A stretch of 64,000 bases of DNA from Candidatus Microgenomatus sp. (GTDB lineage Bacteria; Patescibacteriota; Microgenomatia; UBA8517). The notes under the pieces were generated by a model that was not told the DNA's origin, did not search any database, and saw nothing but the letters and a program-made list of their open reading frames with translations. Made by a program: the position numbers and the translations under genes. Below are positions 37,334-47,355 of the stretch, piece after piece. Positions within the stretch are counted from its first letter, which is position 1. Every line of letters begins with the position of its first letter. The stretch spans positions 219,139-283,138 of the forward strand of contig DYGS01000001.1 in the NCBI GenBank assembly GCA_020724585.1, written 5' to 3'.

Positions 37334-38470
37334 TTACAAAAATGGGGTCCAGTTGGCAATTGGCATGGTGTTTTGTGAAATGAAGGCAAGACTATAAAGA
37401 AAAATTGGAATAATAATAACAGTTAGGGCAATTTTAAATTCCTTTTTAATCAATAGTTCTCGAGCAGTAAAAATAATAAATGGAATTATAGGTATGGCGT
37501 ATCTTAATAAATCTCTGTGGCTGACAAAAAGAAGTGAGGTAAAAAATACCAGAGTAAAATAAAAGTATGTGTATAGTTTTTGTTGGTAAAGTTTATAGAT
37601 TGCAAGCACGCCTACAAGATAGAAAAATATAACTTCCTCTATCCAAAATGTACCTACCCAAGGGGCCGAATAATTAAATATTTGAAATGGCGGGAAGAAA
37701 AGATGAATGTTATCTCCTGATTTGAAATATACCCAAAAATCCCCATATCTAAAAAAGTAAAAACTAAAGACCAAAACCAGTCCAAACGGGATTAAAAGTA
37801 TTGGGAGATATTTTTTTAAGTTTATCTCCTGCCATTTGTGAGATTTAATTAAAGGCACAAGCATGCTTAAAAAGTAACCAATAAAAAGTAAAATTCCAGG
37901 GGATTTTGTCATTTGGGCCAACAGCCCCCAGAGACCTGCTAAAAAGTATTTTTTATCGGCAAAATAGTATGTTGAAGCAAGAATTGTTGCTACAAAAAGC
38001 GGTTCAGCTGACCCAACACTTCTAACAATTAGCCACCTTGCAGGGAATATTGAAAAAATAAATGTCAAAAATAAAGCCTGGTTTTTATCAACAAGTTTAA
38101 CTGAGTGGAGGTAGAAAAAATAAATTGCAAGAAATGATGACAATACGGTTACCAGAAGCATTGAGTATGGGTAGCCCAGAAGCGGAGAAAAAGCTTTAAT
38201 TAAAAACGGAAAAAGGGGAAAATGGGCGGAGTAATATTCATTGGAAAGCGGGAATTGGTAGTTTGATCCAATTTGTTCGGGATTATATAGGGTCTTGGCG
38301 GCAATTAGATATAAAGGTCCATCGAAATTGGCAACTATTGTTGCCATACCATCTTTATTAAGAGGAATTGACCAAAAAGTATCCAATCTAAGGTAAAACG
38401 GAAGCCAGATTATAATTGTGGGTACAATAGTCAGGCAGACAAGTATTAATATATTAGAGACTTTTTTCAC
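37334..38470 (-). CDS. GT-C membrane glycosyltransferase (PIG-V/mannosyltransferase-like)
   Basis: About ten TMs, 'NFDGPLY', 'AHFPLFPFLI', 'AEPLF', 'DLLRY'. Confidence 0.8.
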   Translation of the reverse strand: MKKVSNILILVCLTIVPTIIIWLPFYLRLDTFWSIPLNKDGMATIVANFDGPLYLIAAKTLYNPEQIGSNYQFPLSNEYYSAHFPLFPFLIKAFSPLLGYPYSMLLVTVLSSFLAIYFFYLHSVKLVDKNQALFLTFIFSIFPARWLIVRSVGSAEPLFVATILASTYYFADKKYFLAGLWGLLAQMTKSPGILLFIGYFLSMLVPLIKSHKWQEINLKKYLPILLIPFGLVLVFSFYFFRYGDFWVYFKSGDNIHLFFPPFQIFNYSAPWVGTFWIEEVIFFYLVGVLAIYKLYQQKLYTYFYFTLVFFTSLLFVSHRDLLRYAIPIIPFIIFTARELLIKKEFKIALTVIIIPIFLYSLAFISQNTMPIANWTPFL

Positions 38471-38476
38471 ACCTTC

Positions 38477-38486
38477 ATGATATCAT
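38477..38486. promoter_or_regulatory. Palindromic bidirectional extended -10 (ATGATATCAT)
   Basis: Reads TGaTATCAT on both strands, each 6 nt before a start codon (38493 +, 38470 -). Confidence 0.7.
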
Positions 38487-38492
38487 AATGAT

Positions 38493-39203
38493 ATGTCTTA
38501 TAAAATAGATGAGCTTTCGGTTTTCTTTCCAACCTATAATGAGGAAAAAAATATAAGAAGAACAGTGTTAAGGGCCAGGGCGGTTTTGACAAAAACAGCC
38601 AAAGTGTGGGAAATGCTTATAGTAAATGACGGTTCAAAGGACAAGACTTTCGAGATAGCCAAAAAATTAAGCCAAGAAGACAAGAGGATAAAATTAATTA
38701 ATCATGAGGTTAATAGAGGTTACGGTGCCGCTTTTAAATCCGGTTTTTATAATGCCAGTTATAGGTGGATTGCATTTACTGATTCTGATGGGCAGTTTGA
38801 TTTTTCTGAAATTGTTAATTTTATAGACAAGCAAAGGGAAACTAATGCAGATTTGGTAATAGGTTATTATAAAAAAAGACAAGTTTCAAAATTTAAGATT
38901 ATAACTTCAAAAATGTGGGAGCTGGCAGTTTTTTTGCTTTTTGGACTTCATGCGCGGGATATTGATTGCGGTTTCAAATTGGTTTCAAAGAAGGTTATTG
39001 AAAATATTCCAAAGTTGGAAAGTGAAAGAGGAGCTTTTATATCAAGTGAATTTTTAATAAAAGCCAAAAAAACAGGATTTAAAATAGTTGAAATTCCAGT
39101 TACGCATTACCCCAGAATTGCAGGTAAAGGCACAGGGAGAGATATTAAAGTAATTATTCAAAGTTTTGTTGATTTATTCAAATTATGGCACAAATTAAAT
39201 TAA
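38493..39203 (+). CDS. GT2, polyprenol-phosphate sugar synthase-like
   Basis: 'SVFFPTYNEE', 'VNDGSKD', 'TDSDGQFD', 'DIDCGFK'. Confidence 0.9.
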   Translation: MSYKIDELSVFFPTYNEEKNIRRTVLRARAVLTKTAKVWEMLIVNDGSKDKTFEIAKKLSQEDKRIKLINHEVNRGYGAAFKSGFYNASYRWIAFTDSDGQFDFSEIVNFIDKQRETNADLVIGYYKKRQVSKFKIITSKMWELAVFLLFGLHARDIDCGFKLVSKKVIENIPKLESERGAFISSEFLIKAKKTGFKIVEIPVTHYPRIAGKGTGRDIKVIIQSFVDLFKLWHKLN

Positions 39204-40714
39204 AAATTAAAAATTTAAAATTTAAAATTGTCGATTTTGCAAAAGCAAATTGGATAATGATTCTAATTCTATTAATAGGTAGCTTCTTAAGATTATATAA
39301 AATTGACTCGTACATGACATTTCTTGGTGATGAGGGAAGGGATGTTTTAATTGTTAGAAATTTGTTAGTCAAAGCTGATCCAATTTTAATTGGTCCGGGG
39401 ACATCAGTTGGAGGAATGTATTTGGGGCCTCTTTATTACTATTTTATGGCACCATTTTTACTTCTTTCAAATTTTAATCCGGTTGGACCCGCAATTGCGG
39501 TTGCACTTTTAGGTATATTAACAATTTTTTTGGTTTATAAATTTGCCAAAGAGCTGTTCGGTGAAAGGATAGCTTTTATAGCATCCCTGCTATACGCCGT
39601 TTCACCCACGATTATTGTCTACTCGAGGTCTTCTTGGAATCCAAACATAATGCCATTTTTCTCACTTCTATCAATTTATTCTATTTGGAAAGTTTACAAA
39701 GAGAAAAAATACAACTGGCTAATTGTGACTGCCGTATCTTTTGCGTTTGTCATGCAATCTCACTACTTAGGGGTTTTGCTTGCACCGGTTATCTTATTGT
39801 ATTGGATTCTGACATTTAGAAATCATAAAAACTATGAACTAAAAACTAAAAACTTAATTCAAAAATCTGTTTTTTCTATTTTGATTTTTGGATTTCTCAT
39901 GTCTCCCCTTTTGATTTTTGACTTCCGCCACAATTTTTTGAATTCAAAAGCATTATACAAGTTTTTAACTGTCAGGGAGGAAACTGTTTCTATAAAGCCC
40001 TGGACGGCAATCCCCAAAAGTTATCCTATCTTTGAGCAAATCAATACCAGTCTGATAGCGGCAGGAAATAAAAAAATAGGAACTATTTCGACTTTAGCGA
40101 TTACAATTTTTGTTTTGTACAAATTATTAATTGACCGCAAAAAGAAAGATGAGTCGTTTCATTTGATAATATTCTGGTTGGCATTTGGCCTTATTGGATT
40201 TGGGTTATATAAACAGAATATTTATGATCATTATTTTGGTTTTTTGTTTCCAGTTGTTGTTATTTTAGCATCATATGTTTTGGGTCATATTTATTCAAGT
40301 CATTCAAAATTCTTAGTAATAATTATTTTGATAATTTTAATTTTTATAAATATAGATAATAGCCCGCTTAAATACCATCCAAATAATCAGATGCAAAGAA
40401 GTATTAATGTTGCCAATAAAATACTCGAAGTCACAAATGGCAAGCCATTTAACTTGGCGGTTTTGGCCGAAAGAAATTATGAGGATGGTTATAGATACTT
40501 TTTGGAATTAAATTCTGCCAAGGTACTGCATGCTGATAGGTGGGATAAATCAACAATATCTGATACCCTAATTGTAGTTTGCGAGATGGCTGAATCTAAA
40601 TGTGATCCTACTCATTCGCCAAAGGCTGAAGTTGCAAATTTTGGCTGGAGTAAAATCGAGTCGAAATGGATTGTTGATGGAGTTATAATATACAAATTGC
40701 TACACAATAAATAA
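39185..40714 (+). CDS. GT-C glycosyltransferase (ArnT/PMT-like)
   Basis: 'FLGDEGRD', 'LIGP', 'GPLYYY', 'SWNPN', multiple TMs. Confidence 0.85.
   Translation: MAQIKLKIKNLKFKIVDFAKANWIMILILLIGSFLRLYKIDSYMTFLGDEGRDVLIVRNLLVKADPILIGPGTSVGGMYLGPLYYYFMAPFLLLSNFNPVGPAIAVALLGILTIFLVYKFAKELFGERIAFIASLLYAVSPTIIVYSRSSWNPNIMPFFSLLSIYSIWKVYKEKKYNWLIVTAVSFAFVMQSHYLGVLLAPVILLYWILTFRNHKNYELKTKNLIQKSVFSILIFGFLMSPLLIFDFRHNFLNSKALYKFLTVREETVSIKPWTAIPKSYPIFEQINTSLIAAGNKKIGTISTLAITIFVLYKLLIDRKKKDESFHLIIFWLAFGLIGFGLYKQNIYDHYFGFLFPVVVILASYVLGHIYSSHSKFLVIIILIILIFINIDNSPLKYHPNNQMQRSINVANKILEVTNGKPFNLAVLAERNYEDGYRYFLELNSAKVLHADRWDKSTISDTLIVVCEMAESKCDPTHSPKAEVANFGWSKIESKWIVDGVIIYKLLHNK
39828..39855 (+). repeat. 7-bp tandem array within CDS
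   Basis: aaaacta tgaacta aaaacta aaaactt; a second AT-only array lies at 39198-39230. Confidence 0.6.
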
Positions 40715-40715
40715 T

Positions 40716-41723
40716 ATGAGATACATCCAATCCAATGAATTTAAAAAACTGATCGAAGATAATAATAAATTTGTTTTAAATTGTCATATTTCTCCTGACT
40801 TAGATTCTGTAGCAAGCGTTTGTGCAATGTCACAATACTTAAAATCGATAGATAAAGAATTTGATATTATATCAACCGATGTTATTCCTGAATCCTATAA
40901 ATACCTTCCTTACGCAGATAAAATAATACAGACAAAATTTGAAGATATAGAATTTAGTAAATATGATTGTTGGATTAGTCTTGATTCTGAACGATTAAAT
41001 CAAACAGGTTTATCATTCAAGCCAAAAATAAATATAATAAACATTGACCATCATCCAAAAAATGATATTGAAGGGACTGTAAATGTTGTGAATATTGAAT
41101 CCAGTTCTACTTGCGAGTTGCTGTTTGAATTATTTAATGATATCGATTTTAAAATTGATAAAACATTAGCAACTACATTACTATCTGGTGTTGTTTATGA
41201 TACAAACTTTTTCCAACAAAAAAATACTACGGCAGTAACACATTTTGTAGCATATAAATTAATGGAGTTGGGCGCTGACAATAATTATATAAATTTTAAG
41301 GTTAAAAGAAGTAATAGTATTGGAGTGATTAAATTGTGGGGAGAGTTCAATAAAAGACTGAAATTTGACAAGAGATATAATTTTGTTTGGACAGCAATAC
41401 CTTATAAGGTATATAGTAAAAATTTGGAAGATGTTAGCTCTACGGCCGAGTATTCAAATATGATTGCACGAACTGTTGTAGGTTCGAAATTTAGCATGGT
41501 AATGTCTGAAAAGTTGCCGAACAATTTAACTATGAGTATTAGATCAAGAGTTCCTGGTTTTGATGTTTCATTAATTGCACAGGAAATGGATGGAGGTGGG
41601 CACAAAGATGCAAGTGGTGCAGTAGTTAAAGGCCTTCCTTTCAAAGAAGCTGTAAAGGTTGCTTTAAAATATGCTAGAAAACATGCAAAACAAAATTTTG
41701 TTCCCGAAATACCTTTAGATTAA
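40716..41723 (+). CDS. DHH/DHHA1 phosphoesterase (NrnA-like), copy 1
   Basis: 'CHISPDLDSVAS', 'IDHH', 'SSTCEL', 'YDT', 'SIRS', 'GGGHKDASG'. Confidence 0.92.
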   Translation: MRYIQSNEFKKLIEDNNKFVLNCHISPDLDSVASVCAMSQYLKSIDKEFDIISTDVIPESYKYLPYADKIIQTKFEDIEFSKYDCWISLDSERLNQTGLSFKPKINIINIDHHPKNDIEGTVNVVNIESSSTCELLFELFNDIDFKIDKTLATTLLSGVVYDTNFFQQKNTTAVTHFVAYKLMELGADNNYINFKVKRSNSIGVIKLWGEFNKRLKFDKRYNFVWTAIPYKVYSKNLEDVSSTAEYSNMIARTVVGSKFSMVMSEKLPNNLTMSIRSRVPGFDVSLIAQEMDGGGHKDASGAVVKGLPFKEAVKVALKYARKHAKQNFVPEIPLD

Positions 41724-41725
41724 AT

Positions 41726-42742
41726 ATGAATTACCCTGAGTCTCAACTTGTTTTAGATGAAATTAAAAAGGCAAAAAGAATACTTCTAAATTGCCATACT
41801 AATCCTGATGCTGACAGTGTAGCGAGCGCATTTGCTTTAAATGAAGTTCTTAAGGTTCATTTTGAAAAGGATGTTACTATAATTTATCCAGATGGTCTCC
41901 CAGAAAATACAATGTTTATTAAAGATAGTTTGGAGGGAGAAGTTGTTTTAAAGAAAATTGATTTTAATACCTTCAATTTTTCAGAATATGATTTATTCAT
42001 TGCGCTTGATTCGAGTAGTTGGGACAGAGTTAGGGGTGGAGGTAATAATGAAAAAATTGATATAAAAACAATCGTTATAGACCATCATCACACAAACACG
42101 CGTTTTGGTAAAATTAACATCGTAGATGACGCTATGAGTTCTACTGCCGAACTATTATATTTTATATTTAATGACTGGGGTATAAACCCTGATGGCGAAT
42201 TTAATTACTCTTTTTATCAAACTGCATTATTGACTGGGATAATCAATGATACAGAGTGTTTCAGAACTAAGGTAGCTGATAGCAAAACGATGAAAGTTGT
42301 CTCTGACCTCATGAGATATTCTTCAAAAGATTTAATAATTCAGAATCTTTATCAGTCAAATTCTGTTACGACGTTAAAGTCAGTAAGTGATATGCTTGCA
42401 AACATTTCTATGGATGAGTCTAATAATTTTTGCTATACGTATATTAATTATGAAGAATACGTAAAAAATAATTTAGAAAGCTTTGCAAAAGATATGGTGG
42501 CCGACTTCTTTATTAATAGCGTAAACAAAACAGATTTTGGTTTTATTGCCGTTGAAAAGCAAAAGAATGAAATTTCTGTTAGTTTTAGAGCTAGGACAGA
42601 TTTTGATACCTCGGTAATTGCAATGGAATTAGGTGGGGGTGGCCACAAGATTAGATCTGCGGCAACTCTACGAAATATTAAATTTGAGGATGCATTGGAT
42701 AAAATACTAAGTACTTGTAGAAAATATGCTAGCAACAATTAA
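41726..42742 (+). CDS. DHH/DHHA1 phosphoesterase (NrnA-like), copy 2
   Basis: 'CHTNPDADSVAS', 'IDHH', 'SSTAEL', 'NDT', 'SFRA', 'GGGGHKIRSA'. Confidence 0.92.
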   Translation: MNYPESQLVLDEIKKAKRILLNCHTNPDADSVASAFALNEVLKVHFEKDVTIIYPDGLPENTMFIKDSLEGEVVLKKIDFNTFNFSEYDLFIALDSSSWDRVRGGGNNEKIDIKTIVIDHHHTNTRFGKINIVDDAMSSTAELLYFIFNDWGINPDGEFNYSFYQTALLTGIINDTECFRTKVADSKTMKVVSDLMRYSSKDLIIQNLYQSNSVTTLKSVSDMLANISMDESNNFCYTYINYEEYVKNNLESFAKDMVADFFINSVNKTDFGFIAVEKQKNEISVSFRARTDFDTSVIAMELGGGGHKIRSAATLRNIKFEDALDKILSTCRKYASNN

Positions 42743-44183
42743 GCGGTTGTATACACCTTGGAATTTGTTGATTTTAATTATTCTTCTAGTTGCTTTTGTC
42801 CTTCGTACTTATAGAATTTCTGAACTTTTGGGATTTTGGTACGACCAAGGGAGGGACGCTTTAGTTATTTGGGACCTTATTCACAATGGAAAGATGTTTT
42901 TGATAGGACCAATGATGGGTAATACGGGTATTTTTAGAGGTCCTTGGTATTATTATATGCTTGCTCCGTTTTACTATATTGGGGAAGGAAATCCCGTAAT
43001 TCCAGCTGTTTTTCTGGTTTTTCTTTCTGTAGTTGGTTTATATGTTTTATATAAGATAGCCGTTGAATTAGATGGAATAAAGCTGGCAGTTTTGTCAGTT
43101 ACTATTGCTTCGGTTTCATCTTATATAATCGGGGCATCAAGATGGCTTTCAAATCCTACCCCGACTCTATTAACCGGAGTCTTGTTTATTTATTTTATGT
43201 ATAGATTTTTGGAGAAAAAGAAATGGGCATTGCCCTTGGCTGTTTTTACAATTGGCATGGGATTAAACTTCGGTGCGGCAACGGAAGTTTATTTGGTACC
43301 TGCTCTTTTATTTATTCTTTATATTTTTAGAAAGAAATTAACATTTGATTGGAAAATTATTTCATTTTCCATTGGTTTGTTTGTTTTTTCATTTTTACCG
43401 CAGATTTTATTTGAAGTAAGACATGGCGGAGTTATGTCAAAAGCCTTTTATGATTTTGTAATAAACAAAAATTCATTTACATATAAGTTTTGGGAAATAC
43501 TGCCGCATAGAATGTTGGAATTTTATAATTTATTTTACTCAAAGTTTTGGGTAGATGGCGCACTTACATTTTTACCATTTTTTATAATATTTATTTTTTA
43601 TTTAGTTATTAATTTAAAGAGATATTGGGTTGACGATAAATTTAAGATATTGTTTATCGTATTTTTGTCTCCGTTTTTAGGAACTCTGTTTTTCGTGAGC
43701 AATCTTGGCGGATTTTATGATTATTATTTTACTGCATTTTATTTTATTTTTATATTATTTTTTTCATTTGTTTTACTGAAGACCAACAAAATATTTGTTT
43801 GCTTATTTTTATTAATCCTTATTTTTAAAAACACCTCAAATTATATGGAGAACTATTCTGTTGATATAAATAAATCTGATTTAATTTCGCTTAAAAGTCA
43901 AATTAGCGCAATTGAGTGGATCAGAAAAGATAGTGAAGGCAGTCAATTTAATGTAGATGTTTATGTTCCGCCTGTTGTCCCATATGCCTATGAATATCTG
44001 TTTTTATGGAGGAATTTAAGACAAAGCGAAAATCAAACAAGCCTGCTTTATACTTTAGTAGAAGCAGATCTCAATCACCCCGCTAGAATTGAGGCTTGGC
44101 TTAAAAGACAGGAAAAAATCGGCAACATTATATATGAACAAAGATTTGGGGGCATAACCGTACAAAGAAGAGAAAGAATATGA
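42726..44183 (+). CDS. GT-C glycosyltransferase (ArnT/PMT-like)
   Basis: 'FWYDQGRD', 'LIGP', 'GPWYYY', multiple TMs. Confidence 0.85.
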   Translation: MLATIKRLYTPWNLLILIILLVAFVLRTYRISELLGFWYDQGRDALVIWDLIHNGKMFLIGPMMGNTGIFRGPWYYYMLAPFYYIGEGNPVIPAVFLVFLSVVGLYVLYKIAVELDGIKLAVLSVTIASVSSYIIGASRWLSNPTPTLLTGVLFIYFMYRFLEKKKWALPLAVFTIGMGLNFGAATEVYLVPALLFILYIFRKKLTFDWKIISFSIGLFVFSFLPQILFEVRHGGVMSKAFYDFVINKNSFTYKFWEILPHRMLEFYNLFYSKFWVDGALTFLPFFIIFIFYLVINLKRYWVDDKFKILFIVFLSPFLGTLFFVSNLGGFYDYYFTAFYFIFILFFSFVLLKTNKIFVCLFLLILIFKNTSNYMENYSVDINKSDLISLKSQISAIEWIRKDSEGSQFNVDVYVPPVVPYAYEYLFLWRNLRQSENQTSLLYTLVEADLNHPARIEAWLKRQEKIGNIIYEQRFGGITVQRRERI

Positions 44184-47100
44184 GTTTAAAAAAAATAGCA
44201 GTTATTTTCTTTTTGATAGTTGCCGTCGTTTGGGCAGGTAAAGGAATTTTTAAATATAATATTTTTAGTACTCATGACGGCAACCACCACTTATCAAGAG
44301 CCTATGATGCAATTCAAACAATTAAAGAAGGACATTTTCCTCTTCGTTGGGCGGGCAGTCTAAATTATCTCTGCGGGGTGCCTATTTTTAATTTTTTCTA
44401 CCCTTTAATTTATTATTTAGTAATTGGAATTAACTTTATCGGTTTTGATGTTATCCTCAGCTTTAAGCTTATTTATTTTTTATCGCTTCTTGTTGGTACT
44501 TTATTTTTCTATTTCTGGATGATGGTGGAAACAAAAAACAAACTGCCGTCGCTGGGCGGCGCATTTTTATATCTTTATGCTCCTTATAGATTTTCACTTA
44601 TTTTTGTAAGAGGCAGTCCAGAATTTTTAGCCTATGCCATTTTACCTGTTGTTTTGTATTTTTATTCAAAACTTGTATATGAAAAAGAAAACAAAAGTAT
44701 TTACTATGCTTTCGCCGCTAGTATTTCTGGCGCACTCCTTGCAATATCTCATAACTTTACCGTTATGTTTTTATTCCCGATAATACTTGGATATTTATTC
44801 CTTAAATATTTAACTGAAAAAATATCATTTTTAAAATTAAAATGGATCGCGCTTTCATTTATTAGTAGCTTTGGATTTTCAGCCTTTTTTATAGGCCCTG
44901 CTATTTTAGAGAAAAGATTTACCAGAATTGGAGAAAATTTTTTAATCTGGCAAGAACACTTTCCAACTTTAGGGCAATTAATAAGATCTCCTTGGGGTTA
45001 TTTTTATTCGTCTCAAGGGACTATCAATGACGGTATGAGTTTTATGCTGGGTTATGCCCATTGGGTAGTTTTATTGCTAGCCGCTGTCTTTATTATTTAT
45101 AGTCTTTTCAAGAATAAAGTTGATAAATGGTCAATATCTTTATTTGTTGTTTCCCTCTTTGTAATTTATTTAATCCTGCCCATTTCGATTCCTCTTTGGG
45201 AAAAGTTGCCTCTTTTGCAGGAAATTCAATTTTCTTGGAGGCTTTTAGGAGTTGCTGTTTTTACAATTAGCGCCTTATTTTCGTTTGTTTTAAATAGGAT
45301 TGAAAATAAAAAAATTATGGCTTTAATTTTTATCTTTATATCATTGCTGGCATATTATGGAAACAGGAATCATTTACTGCCGCAACCGGTTTCTGTTGAA
45401 GAAGTATATAAATATGATGACTACAATAAACTGCATCAACACCGATATTCAACCACCACGCTAGGCGATGATGTAATAGCTAAAGGCGCTAAGACTGCTT
45501 GCTGGTTTAATGATCCTTTTTTGTCAACGGATAGGGGAGAAATTAAACATAAAATTGTCGAGCAAGGAAATACTTATGGTTTTGTTAAATATGATCTAAG
45601 TCAAAAAAATTTAGAAACAAGTAAATTCGTAAAAGTTAAGCTGGGATTTTTCCCTGGCGCTTATAACTTTGAAGTTAATGGGCAAAAAGCAGATTCGTTT
45701 TCGTGTGATGGTAAAAACTGTTTTGATATTAGTTATTTTAAGACTGGTGAAAACACTTTGTCGTGGAAGATTGTTCAGACTCCAACACAAAAAATGTTTA
45801 ATATCTTAACCATATTGTTTTTGATAATGTGGATAATATTATTATTAATAAACAAATTTGGAAAAGATAAAAAAGGAAAAACATTTTTGCTTTCTCTTGT
45901 TATTGTTTTTCTGATATTTATTTTTTTTAGAACATATAACCTTGAAGGCAGACTTGGCTTTGGCTGGGATCAGGAAAGGGATATTATCGCAGTTAAGGAA
46001 ATACTTTCAGGTGATCTAAAATTAATTGGTCCAAGAGTCTATGGACCCGCAGGTTTTTTCCTGCCGCCATACTTTTTCTACATACTTGCGCCATTTTATT
46101 TTGCAGGCAATTTAAATCCATTTTCTGTTATTTGGTTTATCGCGGCCTCGTCCGTTTTATTTTTCATTTTGAGCTTCAAGATAATAACTCAAGTATTTAA
46201 TCAAAAAACCGCATTGTTTTTCTTGGGTTTATGGGCTGTCAATCCTCTTGCAATTTCGATTGATACAATAGCTTGGAATCCGATTTTTGTACCTCTATTA
46301 TTTTTGGCGGTGATTTACTTTTTCTATATTAGCTTAAAGACTTTGTCAGACAAAAACATTTTTCTATTGGGATTGTTTTTTGGTTTCGGAGTCAGTTTTC
46401 ATCTTCAGTTTATTTTTATATTTCCAATGCTTTTGCCAATTTTTTATAACATTTTTAATAATCGCGATCCCGCAAAATTTTTAAAGTTTCTAATAGGGGC
46501 CATTATTCCATTTCTGCCGATATTGATTTTTGATTTAAGACATGATTTCTTGAATTTTAAGCAGATATTTTTATTTGAAGGATTTGGCGGAAATTCTGTA
46601 AATAGACTTTTACCTGTTTGGGGAAATGTATCATCATTTATCTTTGGTGTGAATTCAAATATTTCTGTGGGGGTGATTGGCTACATCTTACTAATAGTCG
46701 GCTATTTACTGCTTTTTATAACAGCATTCAAGAAAACCACGGGCGATAAGCCTGTGGATGAATTGAACGCTGATATGTCATCCTCGTTTAGACGGATACC
46801 CCGCCAGTATGGTGGGGAGGATGTCATTAACGAAAAAAATAAAGAGCTAAAGCAAGTTTATTTAGGCTTATTTTTGGTAGTTATGGTTTCTCTTCCAATA
46901 TTTCGGTTTTTGATTAAAAATCCATCTGAATATTATTTTAATTATTTGATAGTTCCAATAATGATTTTAATTTCTATTTTATTCTCAAGATTGAAAAGAT
47001 CAGGTGTGGTGATATGCATCTTTATAATAATATATTTAGCTTTTAAAAGTTTTCCATTATTAAATGATGCGAATTTGGGATTGAAGCAAAAAAATAATGC

Positions 47101-47353
47101 CGTAGTTTTCTTAAATAAAATAACGAAAGATTCAGGGGCCTTTAATGTTTCTTTTGATGTGCCATTTAATGAAGATTCCGGTTTCAGGTATTTGCTAAAA
47201 TATAATAATGTTCCTGTAAGCGGGAAAGATAGTGATCCGTTAATTGAATTTGTTATACCTAGCAATAGAAAGAAAACCAGTTTTACCGTAGGTAGAATTG
47301 GTATAAGTATTCCTAGGGACTTTTTAAATGTTGGTTGGTTAGGTAAAATGTAA
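44180..47353 (+). CDS. Fusion of two GT-C modules (YfhO/PTPS-related type plus ArnT/PMT type)
   Basis: N-half 'THDGNHH..R', 'FNFFYPL', 'YAPYR...VRG..E', 'QFSWR'; C-half 'FGWDQERD', 'LIGP', 'AWNP'. Confidence 0.85.
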   Translation: MSLKKIAVIFFLIVAVVWAGKGIFKYNIFSTHDGNHHLSRAYDAIQTIKEGHFPLRWAGSLNYLCGVPIFNFFYPLIYYLVIGINFIGFDVILSFKLIYFLSLLVGTLFFYFWMMVETKNKLPSLGGAFLYLYAPYRFSLIFVRGSPEFLAYAILPVVLYFYSKLVYEKENKSIYYAFAASISGALLAISHNFTVMFLFPIILGYLFLKYLTEKISFLKLKWIALSFISSFGFSAFFIGPAILEKRFTRIGENFLIWQEHFPTLGQLIRSPWGYFYSSQGTINDGMSFMLGYAHWVVLLLAAVFIIYSLFKNKVDKWSISLFVVSLFVIYLILPISIPLWEKLPLLQEIQFSWRLLGVAVFTISALFSFVLNRIENKKIMALIFIFISLLAYYGNRNHLLPQPVSVEEVYKYDDYNKLHQHRYSTTTLGDDVIAKGAKTACWFNDPFLSTDRGEIKHKIVEQGNTYGFVKYDLSQKNLETSKFVKVKLGFFPGAYNFEVNGQKADSFSCDGKNCFDISYFKTGENTLSWKIVQTPTQKMFNILTILFLIMWIILLLINKFGKDKKGKTFLLSLVIVFLIFIFFRTYNLEGRLGFGWDQERDIIAVKEILSGDLKLIGPRVYGPAGFFLPPYFFYILAPFYFAGNLNPFSVIWFIAASSVLFFILSFKIITQVFNQKTALFFLGLWAVNPLAISIDTIAWNPIFVPLLFLAVIYFFYISLKTLSDKNIFLLGLFFGFGVSFHLQFIFIFPMLLPIFYNIFNNRDPAKFLKFLIGAIIPFLPILIFDLRHDFLNFKQIFLFEGFGGNSVNRLLPVWGNVSSFIFGVNSNISVGVIGYILLIVGYLLLFITAFKKTTGDKPVDELNADMSSSFRRIPRQYGGEDVINEKNKELKQVYLGLFLVVMVSLPIFRFLIKNPSEYYFNYLIVPIMILISILFSRLKRSGVVICIFIIIYLAFKSFPLLNDANLGLKQKNNAVVFLNKITKDSGAFNVSFDVPFNEDSGFRYLLKYNNVPVSGKDSDPLIEFVIPSNRKKTSFTVGRIGISIPRDFLNVGWLGKM
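46729..46827 (+). mobile_element. Miniature non-autonomous IS200/IS605-like element (PATE/MITE), inserted in frame
   Basis: GC-rich 99 bp in an AT-rich gene. Left hairpin CCACGGGC/GCCTGTGG after CAAGAAAA; right hairpin CCCCGCCA/TGGTGGGG then GAGGATGTCA. Confidence 0.72.
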
Positions 47354-47355
47354 AT

